A DNA stretch of 64,000 nt, from positions 246,572 through 310,571 of the forward strand of contig CAYVFE010000001.1 of the NCBI GenBank assembly GCA_964450885.1. The letters run 5' to 3'. The stretch comes from an uncultured Gammaproteobacteria bacterium (GTDB lineage: Bacteria > Patescibacteriota > Microgenomatia > Levybacterales > GWA1-39-11). This document shows, piece after piece, positions 28,472 to 38,073 of this stretch; within the stretch, counting starts at the first letter, position 1, and every line of letters begins with the position of its first letter. The notes beneath the pieces are model-generated. The model ran no database searches. It saw only the letters and a list, made by a program, of their open reading frames with translations, and was not told the origin of the DNA. The position numbers were made by a program, and so were the translations under genes.

Positions 28472-29032
28472 TCAATATTTGCGCATCACACTTTTTACGA
28501 TCCCAAAAACTTTAAGCTCCTCTACAGGGATAAATTCAGGGTAGTTAGGATTCGCGGCACGCAGGATACTTATCCCATTTTTGCGGTCCAGAATCTTTAG
28601 TGTCCATTCGTTATCTATGAGTGCGAGGACTATGTCTCCTGCTTTTGCCTGCGCGGTCTTTTCTATGACTACCATGTCTCCGTCAAATATTCCCACGCCT
28701 TCCATAGAGTCACCAGAGACTTTTAGCAGAAATGAACTGTTAGGTTTGTCGATAAGGTATTCGTCAAGTGAGAGAAAATTTAGCTCCTCCTCAGCGCCTG
28801 TCGGAAATCCTGCTTTGATATTCCCCAGAATCGGCACCTGAAAAAAAAAGTTGGTCGGGGAGAGTTTGTTATTTAGCTTTTGTAGATAGTTTTGTTCTAT
28901 AAGGTTATTTACGATTTTGTGAATCGCATTCTTTGAAGAAAGATTAAATATCGAAAGCATTTCAGAATAGGAAGGTATACGTTTGTTCTTCTTATAAAAT
29001 GATCGAAGTGATTCGAGATATTCAGATTTCAT
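28472..29032 (-). CDS. lexA: LexA-family repressor (S24 peptidase)
   Basis: N-terminal wHTH (PSYSEM), AG cleavage site in IKAGFP, GDSM Ser, WTLK Lys; start reassigned to 29032. Confidence 0.9.
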   Translation of the reverse strand: MKSEYLESLRSFYKKNKRIPSYSEMLSIFNLSSKNAIHKIVNNLIEQNYLQKLNNKLSPTNFFFQVPILGNIKAGFPTGAEEELNFLSLDEYLIDKPNSSFLLKVSGDSMEGVGIFDGDMVVIEKTAQAKAGDIVLALIDNEWTLKILDRKNGISILRAANPNYPEFIPVEELKVFGIVKSVMRKY

Positions 29033-29043
29033 ACCGCCAGAAT

Positions 29044-29072
29044 AATATAGTGAACAATCGTTCACCTGTCAA
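29044..29072 (-). promoter_or_regulatory. lexA-dinB promoter with SOS-box-like operator in the spacer
   Basis: TTGACA-N17-TATATT; palindrome GTGAAC-N4-GTTCAC at 29050-29065. Confidence 0.85.
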
Positions 29073-29130
29073 GATATCAAATTAATACTATTTAATACTT
29101 TTTACTTTTGTGTTATAAAACATTAAAGGT

Positions 29131-29829
29131 ATGGCAGACTTCAGGGAAACCTTTCATAATCCTCACGTAGTTTTACCCGTAATTCATGTCGAAACGCCTA
29201 ACCAGACCATGAGAAATGCAGAAGTTGCCTTTGATTCAGGCGCAGATGGAGTCTTTCTAATTAGTATGCAGGGGATGGACCACAAAAGATTGGCAGAAAT
29301 GCAGGAGATGGTAAGGGATGAATATATGGCCTGGTGGGTAGGAGTCAATTACCTGGACCTGCCAACAGTAAATGTTTTTGATGCTTTAAGTCCAAATGTA
29401 TCCGGGGTCTGGGCAGATAACGCTGCTATAAGTGAGTGGGTAGAAGAGCAGTACGAAGCAGAAAGGATAAAACGGGCTAGGGAAGCAAGTAATTGGGAGG
29501 GACTGTATTTTGGAGGAGTAGCATTCAAATATCAAAGAGGAGTAAATAATCTCGAGAAAGCTGCTCAAATTGCGACACGTTATATGGATGTGATAACAAC
29601 AAGCGGAAAAGGAACGGGGTCTGCGCCTGATACTGAGAAAATCGCAAGAATGAAGGGCGCTGTGGGGGATTTCCCATTAGCCATTGCTAGTGGTATTTCG
29701 CCTGATAACGTTCATAATTTTAAAGATATAGCCGATTGTTTTATAGTCTCGACAAGCCTTCTTGTCCCAGAAAGCGAAGAGTTTGATCCTGGTAGAATGA
29801 AAGACTTAATGCAGGCAGTCAGAGGCTAA
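29131..29829 (+). CDS. BtpA/SgcQ-like TIM-barrel protein
   Basis: LPVIH, GADGVFLI, GGVAFKYQ, TTSGKGTGSAP, IASGISPDN phosphate-binding loops. Confidence 0.75.
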   Translation: MADFRETFHNPHVVLPVIHVETPNQTMRNAEVAFDSGADGVFLISMQGMDHKRLAEMQEMVRDEYMAWWVGVNYLDLPTVNVFDALSPNVSGVWADNAAISEWVEEQYEAERIKRAREASNWEGLYFGGVAFKYQRGVNNLEKAAQIATRYMDVITTSGKGTGSAPDTEKIARMKGAVGDFPLAIASGISPDNVHNFKDIADCFIVSTSLLVPESEEFDPGRMKDLMQAVRG

Positions 29830-30797
29830 TTGAAGTATTCCCACACCTTTTCAGATATCCCTGCTTCTATCTCAGTAGCTGTGGTTTGATCCGCCGTTTC
29901 AGACATAAGTACTATTATATAGTCGCCATTTGGTGAGTAAACTATCCCCGCATCGTGCTTTACTGCGCCCAGTTCACCCGTTTTATGTGCTATTGTTGTG
30001 TTTTCTGGTAGATATTTAGGGATCCTGTCGTTAAGCTCCTGCCGTTTTAATATTTCCAACATTTCATTTGAAGCGCTTTCACTAACAATTTCGCCTTTAT
30101 ATAAGAGTTCATAATATTTAAGGATGTCATTTGTTGTAGTTGTAACGGAATCAGTCGATGAGTCATTCAAATTGTATTCACTTAGAAATTCTTCTACCTT
30201 ATTCCATCCGATCGTTAAATATAGGATGTGAGCAGAATAGTTGTCAGAGACAGTTATCATGCGCGAAATAGCACCTTCTACCGTATTTCCTACAAATCCC
30301 CCAGTAATTTCTGCAGACTCAGATGCGATGTTAAGCCTCTCATTTATAGTAGATGCGTCAAAACCTATATTCTGGTCAAGCGACAAGTTCCCGTTTTCAA
30401 TTTCCTTATAAGTAGCAGCCATAACCCAGAGCTTGTATAGGCTGGCAGAATCAAATTCTCTATTTTCATTTAAAAAATAGTACTCGTTAGTCTCCAGGTT
30501 TTTTATAGCAACAGCGTAAGTGCCTTCCGTATTTTCAAGCTCGTTTAAAACTATTTTTTCCATCTGACTTGACGCATCGATTTGGTTGATGCTGTTATCT
30601 ATAAATTCACTTACGGGATTTAAAATGCCTGGTTCATTTTTGGCAGGGTTAATAGCAAGCCATAGAGGGGTTGCCAGTAAAAATATAACAGGAAGGATTT
30701 TTATGACAAGTTTTTGTCGGGAGGCGATTAGGCGCTGATAGAGTAAAGCTAAAATAAATACTATTATTATGAGAAAAACTAAATAGATATATTCCAC
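29826..30797 (-). CDS. Serine beta-lactamase class A-like / PBP-like hydrolase, membrane-anchored
   Basis: SLYK (SxxK), SDN, HKTG, HDAGIV; two N-terminal TM helices. Confidence 0.85.
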   Translation of the reverse strand: MEYIYLVFLIIIVFILALLYQRLIASRQKLVIKILPVIFLLATPLWLAINPAKNEPGILNPVSEFIDNSINQIDASSQMEKIVLNELENTEGTYAVAIKNLETNEYYFLNENREFDSASLYKLWVMAATYKEIENGNLSLDQNIGFDASTINERLNIASESAEITGGFVGNTVEGAISRMITVSDNYSAHILYLTIGWNKVEEFLSEYNLNDSSTDSVTTTTNDILKYYELLYKGEIVSESASNEMLEILKRQELNDRIPKYLPENTTIAHKTGELGAVKHDAGIVYSPNGDYIIVLMSETADQTTATEIEAGISEKVWEYFN

Positions 30798-30905
30798 GCG
30801 ATAATTATACCAGAGGATCTTTGGGAGAATGTATTATAGAATTGTTATTTTTGAGGCTAAAATACAGTAGGCAATCATAAAACACCTTTTGACTGCATTT
30901 CCCCC

Positions 30906-30934
30906 TTGACGAATAAAAAAAGATATTGTATTAT
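30906..30934 (+). promoter_or_regulatory. tuf promoter
   Basis: TTGACG-N17-TATTAT. Confidence 0.75.
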
Positions 30935-30977
30935 TCATTCACACCTTTTTTAACAGGTGTTTTATTTTTGAAAAAAT

Positions 30978-32165
30978 ATGGCAACAGCAAAATTTGATAG
31001 ATCAAAACCACACGTAAATATCGGAACCATTGGTCACGTCGACCATGGTAAGACTACGACAACTGCAGCTATTACTACAGTCCTTGCTAAAAAAGGATTT
31101 GCAGAAGCTAAGAAATACGAAGATATCGACAATGCTCCTGAAGAAAAAGAAAGAGGAGTTACGATTAATATTTCCCACCAGGAATACGAAACCGAAAAAC
31201 GTCACTATGCTCATATTGACGCTCCAGGACACGCTGACTACATCAAAAACATGATCACAGGTGCAGCTCAAATGGACGGTGCAATACTTGTTGTATCAGC
31301 TCCAGACGGTCCTATGCCTCAAACAAGAGAACACATCCTACTTGCACGCCAGGTTGGAGTGCCTAAGATTCTGGTTTTCCTTAACAAGATAGACATGGTT
31401 GATGATCCAGAGCTTATTGAGCTTGTTGAGATGGAGATCCGCGAACTTCTTACAAAATACCAATATCCAGGAGACGAAACTCCTATCATAAGAGGTTCAG
31501 CTCTTAAGGCTATCGAAGGTGATGCAGAAGCAGAAAAAGCAATTCTTGACCTTATGGACAAGGTTGATGAATATATTCCAACACCAGAACGCCCTGTTGA
31601 TAAGCCACTTCTTATGCCTGTAGAGGATGTTTTCTCTATTAAGGGTCGTGGAACTGTGGTAACTGGAAGAATAGAGCGCGGAATGGTTAAGGTAAATGAA
31701 GAAGTAGAGATCGTCGGAATCACGCCAAAATCTACAAAGACAATCGTTACTGGAATCGAGATGTTCCGAAAGCAGCTTGATGAAGGTCAAGCAGGAGACA
31801 ATGCTGGACTTTTGCTAAGAGGTGTTGAAAAAGACGACGTAGAGCGTGGGCAGGTTATCGCAAAGCCAGGATCTATAACTCCACACACTGATTTTGAGGC
31901 TGAAGTTTATATTCTTACTAAAGAAGAAGGTGGACGACACACTCCATTTTTCACAGGATACCGACCACAGTTCTATGTTAGAACTACTGACGTAACCGGA
32001 GAAATCAAGCTTCAAGAGGGTGTTGAGATGGTTATGCCTGGAGATAACGCAAAGATGAACGTTTCACTTATCGTTCCAGTTGCTATGGAAGAGGGAATGA
32101 GATTCGCTATTCGAGAAGGTGGACGCACAGTTGGAGCGGGAGTTGTGACTAAAATCACAAAATAA
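30978..32165 (+). CDS. tuf: Elongation factor Tu
   Basis: [29 protein letters not shown]. Confidence 0.99.
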   Translation: MATAKFDRSKPHVNIGTIGHVDHGKTTTTAAITTVLAKKGFAEAKKYEDIDNAPEEKERGVTINISHQEYETEKRHYAHIDAPGHADYIKNMITGAAQMDGAILVVSAPDGPMPQTREHILLARQVGVPKILVFLNKIDMVDDPELIELVEMEIRELLTKYQYPGDETPIIRGSALKAIEGDAEAEKAILDLMDKVDEYIPTPERPVDKPLLMPVEDVFSIKGRGTVVTGRIERGMVKVNEEVEIVGITPKSTKTIVTGIEMFRKQLDEGQAGDNAGLLLRGVEKDDVERGQVIAKPGSITPHTDFEAEVYILTKEEGGRHTPFFTGYRPQFYVRTTDVTGEIKLQEGVEMVMPGDNAKMNVSLIVPVAMEEGMRFAIREGGRTVGAGVVTKITK

Positions 32166-32221
32166 TATACCTTAGCAGGTAGTTTGCACATTTTATAATT
32201 TAGATTAAGAGATTTAGGTAG

Positions 32222-32251
32222 AACCTGCTTTTGGATAAGCAGGTTTTTTTT
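32222..32251 (+). terminator. Intrinsic terminator between tuf and rpsJ
   Basis: AACCTGCTT-TTGGAT-AAGCAGGTT followed by a T-run. Confidence 0.8.
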
Positions 32252-32270
32252 GTTAAAATAGGAGAAATAT

Positions 32271-32579
32271 ATGTCAAAAGGAAGAATTAGAGTAAAATTA
32301 AAAAGCTATGATCCTCGTATCATAGACAGTACGTGTCAGCAGATCATAGATACGGCGCTCCGTACTGGTGCAAAAATAATCGGTCCCGTACCTCTCCCTA
32401 GCAAAAGAACCTCATTTGTAGTTAACAAAGCTGCTTTTATTGATAAGGACGCCAGGGAGCATTTTGAACTTAAAACGCACAAAAGACTAATTGATATAGA
32501 ATCTCCTACAGAGAGCACGATCGAAAATCTTATTCATCTCGATTTACCCACTGGGGTAAATGTCGAGATCAAGATGTAA
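32271..32579 (+). CDS. rpsJ: 30S ribosomal protein S10
   Basis: IRVKLKSYD, GPVPLP, AREHFELKTHKRLI. Confidence 0.97.
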   Translation: MSKGRIRVKLKSYDPRIIDSTCQQIIDTALRTGAKIIGPVPLPSKRTSFVVNKAAFIDKDAREHFELKTHKRLIDIESPTESTIENLIHLDLPTGVNVEIKM

Positions 32580-32605
32580 AGACATCTATTTAACCTCATT
32601 TCTTC

Positions 32606-32744
32606 TTGCAATTCCAGCGTGAGCACGATATAATAGCTCTTGGTGATTATGACCTATACTTTGGAGGTGAATTTTGCTACATAAGTATTAAGTCCGGGCT
32701 TTAAAAAGCTTGAGCTTAAACGACTGTGTAGCAGTCGTTTTTTT
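32606..32744 (+). promoter_or_regulatory. Internal promoter and structured leader with terminator-like hairpin before rplC
   Basis: TTGCAA-N17-TATAAT (32606-32634); AAACGACTG-TGTAG-CAGTCGTTT plus T-run. Confidence 0.7.
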
Positions 32745-32761
32745 CGTTTAAAGGGGTAAAT

Positions 32762-33655
32762 ATGAATCTATCAACAATAATAGGAAAAAAAGTAGAACAG
32801 ACACAGGCCTTTCTGGAGGACGGAACTAGGGTTCCGTTGACTCGCGTGTTTGTAGGTGATAATTCTATATCCCAGATTAAAACCCAAGATAAAGAAGGAT
32901 ATATGTCGGTCCAAGTATCGTGGGGCAAAAGAAACAAGATTTCAAAACCACTAACTGGGCACCTAAAGAAAGCGGGGTTAAAGAATACACCTCGCTTTTT
33001 ACGCGAAATAAGGGTACAGGATGTATCAGGATTTGAGAACGGTGCTGTTATAACCCCCGAAGAAGTGCTTGCTGCAGGAGATAAGGTAGATGTAGTAGGT
33101 ACTTCAAAAGGAAAAGGATTTGCAGGAGCGGTCAAGCGTTGGGGATTCCGCGGAGGACCAAAAACTCATGGACAATCAGATAGACATAGAGCACCAGGAT
33201 CTATCGGTCAGGGAACAACTCCGGGCAGAGTCTATAAGGGTAAGAAAATGGCAGGACGTATGGGAAGTGATAGGGTAACTATAAAAAATCTGCAGATAAT
33301 GGAAGTAAAAGATGGAGAGATACTTATAAAAGGGCTTATCCCAGGACCTAAAAATGGATTGGTTATAATCACGAAAATCGGAGAGAATAAGAAATTTAGA
33401 GCACTTTACTCAAGTGTTCCAGAGATTGTAGAAGCTGAAGCAGAAAAAACTATCGATCAGGAAGAAAAGTTAGATGCAGTAGAGGAAGTTAAGGCTGAAG
33501 AAGTTTCCGAGGAAAAGAGTCCGGAAGTAGTATCTGAGAAAGCATCAACTGAGCCTGCAGAAGCTGAAGCAAAAACAGAAAGTGTCGAAGATACAGATGA
33601 GGTAGCAGATAAAGCCGAAAGTGATACAGACAAAAAAGAAGTTGAAACCAAATAA
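32762..33655 (+). CDS. rplC: 50S ribosomal protein L3 with acidic C-terminal extension
   Basis: GTSKGKGFAG, HRAPGSIG, GKKMAGRMG. Confidence 0.97.
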   Translation: MNLSTIIGKKVEQTQAFLEDGTRVPLTRVFVGDNSISQIKTQDKEGYMSVQVSWGKRNKISKPLTGHLKKAGLKNTPRFLREIRVQDVSGFENGAVITPEEVLAAGDKVDVVGTSKGKGFAGAVKRWGFRGGPKTHGQSDRHRAPGSIGQGTTPGRVYKGKKMAGRMGSDRVTIKNLQIMEVKDGEILIKGLIPGPKNGLVIITKIGENKKFRALYSSVPEIVEAEAEKTIDQEEKLDAVEEVKAEEVSEEKSPEVVSEKASTEPAEAEAKTESVEDTDEVADKAESDTDKKEVETK

Positions 33656-33658
33656 AAT

Positions 33659-34411
33659 ATGAAAGAAACAAAGGTAGTTAAAAAAACAACGAAGCCGGCA
33701 GCAGTAAAAAAGCCTGCGAAAGTTGATGTAAAAAAAGCGGAAGTAAAGACCGTGAAAAAAAGCGCAGACTCGAAAGTCTCTGCTCCTTTATTTGATATTT
33801 CTGGTAAAAAAAGCGGAAGCTTTAGTCTTCCATCGGAGCTTTTCTCAGGCAAGATCAATGATAAGTTGGTTGCGCAGGCGATACGTGTGTATCTCGCGAA
33901 CCAACGTCAGGGAAATGCACATACCAAAACAAGGAGCGAAGTCAAAGGATCGAGGAGAAAGGTTTGGAGACAAAAAGGAACAGGTCGTGCACGTCACGGG
34001 TCTATTACAGGACCGATCTTTGTAGGTGGAGGTATCGTTCATGGTCCTCGTGCTCATAGTTTTGACTTAAAGATGCCAAAGAAGATGAAGTTGCAGGCAC
34101 TGGTCAGCGCTCTTTCTGAGAAAAACAGCGAGAATATGGTTTTTGTATTTGATGGGAAGCTTTCGGGAAAATCAAAAGAGTTTGCAACGATGCTAAAAAC
34201 GATAGTTATGAGTGATAAAAAGAAAAGCCCATCAGTTCTTTTCGTAAGAAGTAAAAATGATGATGGCGGCTATAAGGCATCAAGGAATATCGCAAATGTG
34301 CAGACAGCAACAGGATCCGATATTAATACTTACAGTGTCGTCAAGAATAAGGCAATCGTTCTTTCAAAGGATGCGGTTGAAGAGATGAAGCAGGTTTTTA
34401 TAAAAGCATAA
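33659..34411 (+). CDS. rplD: 50S ribosomal protein L4 with Lys-rich N-terminal extension
   Basis: TKTRSEV, RQKGTGRARHGS, GGGIVHGP. Confidence 0.97.
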   Translation: MKETKVVKKTTKPAAVKKPAKVDVKKAEVKTVKKSADSKVSAPLFDISGKKSGSFSLPSELFSGKINDKLVAQAIRVYLANQRQGNAHTKTRSEVKGSRRKVWRQKGTGRARHGSITGPIFVGGGIVHGPRAHSFDLKMPKKMKLQALVSALSEKNSENMVFVFDGKLSGKSKEFATMLKTIVMSDKKKSPSVLFVRSKNDDGGYKASRNIANVQTATGSDINTYSVVKNKAIVLSKDAVEEMKQVFIKA

Positions 34412-34717
34412 ATGAAACAAGCATACGAAATAGTTAAAAGACCAGTTATAAGTGAACAATCACTTCGTGAAGGTGAAGCAGGAAAATATAGTTTTATCGT
34501 GGACAAGGCTTCATCAAAGGATGAGATAAAAAAAGCAATCGAGTCGATGTTTGGTGTTAATGTAACAAAGATTATGACAAATATCGTAAAGGGAAATAAG
34601 ACAAGGCTTACTAAAAAAAGAAAAATAGTTGCAGACGGATCTTATAAAAAAGCTAGGGTCACACTTAAAAAGGGAGAAAAATTAGATATATTTGATGAAC
34701 ATATAGAGGGTAAATAA
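34412..34717 (+). CDS. rplW: 50S ribosomal protein L23
   Basis: RPVISE, IKKAIESMFGV, YKKARVTL; synteny. Confidence 0.95.
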   Translation: MKQAYEIVKRPVISEQSLREGEAGKYSFIVDKASSKDEIKKAIESMFGVNVTKIMTNIVKGNKTRLTKKRKIVADGSYKKARVTLKKGEKLDIFDEHIEGK

Positions 34718-34719
34718 TT

Positions 34720-35457
34720 ATGGGAAAACTAAGAACAATACTAAAGAAAAATTCAGGACGAGACGCAAGCGGTAAAGTTAGCGTTCGTCATCAGGGAGGA
34801 CGTCATAAAAGATTTTACAGGGCGATTGATTTCAAGCGCGACAAATTTGGAGTTGAAGGAAAAGTTGTAGGAATCGAGTACGATCCAAACAGATCTGCCG
34901 AAATAGTCTTGGTTCAATATGCCGATGGGGACAAAAGATACATACTACGTCCACTAGGGCTTAATGTAGGAGACAAAATTATGGCAGGAGATAAGACTGA
35001 CATAAAGCTAGGTAATTCTATGCCTTTGAGACTTATACCGGTGGGTTCTCCAATTCACAATGTAGAGCTTACTCAGGGTAAAGGGGGACAAATAGCACGT
35101 TCTGCAGGAAATCAGGCATTTGTGGTCGCTAAGGAAGAAAAATATGTACACGTAAAAATGCCATCAGGTGAAGTAAGACGAATTTTTAATGAGAATTATG
35201 CTACAATTGGCCAACTTTCCCTCATTGAATGGAAAGATAGAGTTTTGGGTAAAGCAGGAGCTGCAAGGCGCATAGGACGCAGGCCTACTGTAAGAGGAGT
35301 AGCGCAGGATCCGGGATCTCATCCGCATGGAGGAGGAGAAGGAAGAACAGGAATAGGACTTAAATACCCAAAGACATATGCAGGAAGAAAGGCAGTAGGA
35401 AAGACGAGACTTAAGAAGAAATATTCTGATAAGTTTATTATCAAAGGGAGAAAATAA
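34720..35457 (+). CDS. rplB: 50S ribosomal protein L2 (short N-terminus)
   Basis: [21 protein letters not shown]. Confidence 0.97.
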   Translation: MGKLRTILKKNSGRDASGKVSVRHQGGRHKRFYRAIDFKRDKFGVEGKVVGIEYDPNRSAEIVLVQYADGDKRYILRPLGLNVGDKIMAGDKTDIKLGNSMPLRLIPVGSPIHNVELTQGKGGQIARSAGNQAFVVAKEEKYVHVKMPSGEVRRIFNENYATIGQLSLIEWKDRVLGKAGAARRIGRRPTVRGVAQDPGSHPHGGGEGRTGIGLKYPKTYAGRKAVGKTRLKKKYSDKFIIKGRK

Positions 35458-35489
35458 AAAGGACCCCCAGCCTAATTTGGGGAAAAATT

Positions 35490-35774
35490 ATGAGTAGAAG
35501 TGCTAAAAAAGGACCATATATAGACGCAAGAGTCATGAAAAAAGTCATGGCTCAGAAAGAAACTGGTGCAACAGATCAAATAAAGACTTGGTCGAGAAGC
35601 TGTCAGATTCCACCTGAGTTCGTGGGACACACATTTGGTGTGCATAATGGGAAAAACTTTATAACGGTGAAAGTTAATGAGTCTATGGTAGGTCACAGGT
35701 TAGGAGAATTCTCTCCAACTAGACACTTTAGAGGACACGGAAGAATAGTCGCAAGAGATATAAGCAAGACCTAA
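35490..35774 (+). CDS. rpsS: 30S ribosomal protein S19
   Basis: [26 protein letters not shown]. Confidence 0.97.
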   Translation: MSRSAKKGPYIDARVMKKVMAQKETGATDQIKTWSRSCQIPPEFVGHTFGVHNGKNFITVKVNESMVGHRLGEFSPTRHFRGHGRIVARDISKT

Positions 35775-35782
35775 TAAATATT

Positions 35783-36163
35783 ATGGAATACAAAGCAGTT
35801 GCAAAATACATAAAAATTAGTCCACGCAAGGTAAGGCTTGTTGCGGATGCAGTACGAGAGCTGCCTATAGAGGAGGCAAAGTCATCTCTTGCCGGGCTTA
35901 ATAACCGTGCAGCAGAGCCTTTACTGAAGGTTTTAAATAGTGCTGTCGCAAATGCTGTTAACAATGGGAACGCGAATAAGGGAGACCTGGGAATAAAAGA
36001 GATAAATATAACCGAGGGTATCAGATATAAGAGATATCATTATGCGGGACGTGGGAGAGTTAGGCCATACGTAAAAAGAACCAGTCATATAAATGTGACT
36101 GTGGTAGATAAGAATAAGAAAGGAGGCGCCGAAAGCGTAAAAGCTGTCGACGCAGGAAAGTAA
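35783..36163 (+). CDS. rplV: 50S ribosomal protein L22
   Basis: ISPRKVRLVAD, SAVANA, KRTSHI. Confidence 0.97.
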   Translation: MEYKAVAKYIKISPRKVRLVADAVRELPIEEAKSSLAGLNNRAAEPLLKVLNSAVANAVNNGNANKGDLGIKEINITEGIRYKRYHYAGRGRVRPYVKRTSHINVTVVDKNKKGGAESVKAVDAGK

Positions 36164-36164
36164 T

Positions 36165-36806
36165 ATGGGACAAAAAGTTAATCCAATAGCGTTAAGACTT
36201 GGAATACATCATGAATTTAAGAGTGTAGGATTCTATCCTAGAAAGTCCTATGCAAAAAATATCCTGAAAGATATCCAGATCCGTGATGCACTCCTAAATA
36301 AGCTAAAACATGCCGGAATTGGGGATGTCATTATTGAGAGGTCTCAAAATCATATCAAGCTAACTATTTATGTCACGAAGCCCGGAATAGTTATCGGACG
36401 TGGAGGAGCAGGACTTGAGGTCTTAAAAAAAGATATAGTGAAGTTATTAAAGGCTGGTGAAGTAGATAAATCTGGTGAGCAGAAAATAGAGATCAAAGTA
36501 GAGCCTATTAAAGACCCTAATCTAAGTGCCAGGATTGTTGCTTCAAATATAGCAGACCAGCTGATTCGCAGAATGCCTCACAGAAGAATTATGAAGCAAA
36601 CAATAGAGCGAGTTATGAGCAGCGGTGCAAAAGGAGTAAGAATCGTTCTTTCCGGAAGAATTGCTGGAGCAGAAATTGCACGCGTAGAGCGTAATCAAGC
36701 TGGAAAATTGTCATTATCGACCATCCGTGAGGATATAGATTTTGCTTCGTATCCGGCTCTTACCAAGAGTGGATATATCGGAATAAAGGTTTGGATAAAT
36801 AAATAA
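36165..36806 (+). CDS. rpsC: 30S ribosomal protein S3
   Basis: MGQKVNP, PGIVIGRGG, SGRIAGAEIAR, GIKVWI. Confidence 0.97.
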   Translation: MGQKVNPIALRLGIHHEFKSVGFYPRKSYAKNILKDIQIRDALLNKLKHAGIGDVIIERSQNHIKLTIYVTKPGIVIGRGGAGLEVLKKDIVKLLKAGEVDKSGEQKIEIKVEPIKDPNLSARIVASNIADQLIRRMPHRRIMKQTIERVMSSGAKGVRIVLSGRIAGAEIARVERNQAGKLSLSTIREDIDFASYPALTKSGYIGIKVWINK

Positions 36807-36812
36807 AATAAT

Positions 36813-37220
36813 ATGTTACAGCCTAAAAAACAAAAATATAGAAAACAATTTAAGCCAAGGAGCTTGCCTCATATGTCACATAGAGGAAATGTGGTAAGTT
36901 TTGGTGAGTTTGGATTACAGGTAACAGAGCCGGGTCATATTTCCAGCCGCCAGATTGAGGCAGCAAGAAGAGCTATTGTGCATTATATAAAAAGAGGGGG
37001 AAGAGTTTGGATAAGAATATTTCCAGATTTGCCACTTACAAAAAAGCCACCTGAGACCAGGATGGGCGGAGGAAAAGGGGATATAGATCAGTATGTTGCT
37101 GTAACTAAGGCTGGGCAGGTTGTATTTGAGATGAGCGGTGTTGCAGAAGACGTAGCAAAGGAAGCGCTGCGACGTGCAGGACATAAATTACCGATCAAAA
37201 ACGCATTCATAAAAAGATAA
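36813..37220 (+). CDS. rplP: 50S ribosomal protein L16
   Basis: QIEAAR, WIRIFP, RMGGGKG. Confidence 0.97.
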   Translation: MLQPKKQKYRKQFKPRSLPHMSHRGNVVSFGEFGLQVTEPGHISSRQIEAARRAIVHYIKRGGRVWIRIFPDLPLTKKPPETRMGGGKGDIDQYVAVTKAGQVVFEMSGVAEDVAKEALRRAGHKLPIKNAFIKR

Positions 37221-37222
37221 AT

Positions 37223-37435
37223 ATGAAAAAGACAGTAAAAGAAGAATTAAAAACAAAAACAAAAGAAGAGATGGTAAAGTCTTTAAAGGATTTAAGAGCG
37301 AAAATCTCTAAAATGTCTCTTGACATTTCTATGCAAAAAGAAAAAAATACAGCTCTTCTTAAAACAAAGAAGAAAGAGGTAACGAGAATATTAACTTTTT
37401 TAAATCAGCCTCAAATAATTGAGGATAAAAAATAA
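37223..37435 (+). CDS. rpmC: 50S ribosomal protein L29
   Basis: 70-aa basic helical protein between rplP and rpsQ; KKEVTRILT. Confidence 0.9.
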   Translation: MKKTVKEELKTKTKEEMVKSLKDLRAKISKMSLDISMQKEKNTALLKTKKKEVTRILTFLNQPQIIEDKK

Positions 37436-37438
37436 AAT

Positions 37439-37678
37439 ATGGCAAAAATATTAACAGGTACAGTAGTATCAAACAAAATGAAAAATACAGCGGTAGTTGC
37501 AGTAGATAGAGTTATTGCGCATCCGTTGTATGGAAAAAAATTGAGAAGAACGACTAAGTTTAGTGCAGATACAAATAATATGACTATCGAGGTTGGAGAC
37601 ACAGTAAGAATAGAAGAAGCTAAAAAACTTAGCAAGACAAAACATTTTAAAGTTATAGGAAAGGAGACCTCAAAGTAA
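37439..37678 (+). CDS. rpsQ: 30S ribosomal protein S17
   Basis: GTVVSNKMKNT, HPLYGK, LSKTK. Confidence 0.97.
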   Translation: MAKILTGTVVSNKMKNTAVVAVDRVIAHPLYGKKLRRTTKFSADTNNMTIEVGDTVRIEEAKKLSKTKHFKVIGKETSK

Positions 37679-37694
37679 AGTTTGAGTTTTTGAT

Positions 37695-38069
37695 ATGGTA
37701 CAGCACAGAACAATGCTATCAAGCGCAGATAATAGCGGAGCAAAGATCCTCCAGGTTATTCAGATATATGGAGGAACAGGGCGACGTTATGGGTATATAG
37801 GAGACATAGTAGGTTGTGTTGTAAAAAAGGCTTTGCCTCATACTCAATTCAAAAAAGGAGACAAGGTAAAGGTTGTTCTTGTCAGAAGCAGGAAAGAGTT
37901 TAAGAGGAATGATGGAACCTATATCAGATTTTCTGAGAACGCTGGTGTGATAATCGAAAACGAAAAAACAAAAAATCCTATGGGGACAAGAATATTTGGT
38001 CCTGTAGCAAGAGAAGTTAAGGATGCAGGATTTGCGAAGATCGCATCACTTGCAAAAAACGTAGTATAA
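37695..38069 (+). CDS. rplN: 50S ribosomal protein L14
   Basis: ADNSGAK, GTRIFGPVARE. Confidence 0.97.
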   Translation: MVQHRTMLSSADNSGAKILQVIQIYGGTGRRYGYIGDIVGCVVKKALPHTQFKKGDKVKVVLVRSRKEFKRNDGTYIRFSENAGVIIENEKTKNPMGTRIFGPVAREVKDAGFAKIASLAKNVV

Positions 38070-38073
38070 AAAT

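Noticed and set aside
29033-29065. Upstream GTG start of lexA
   Set aside because: Lies inside the promoter spacer and operator palindrome
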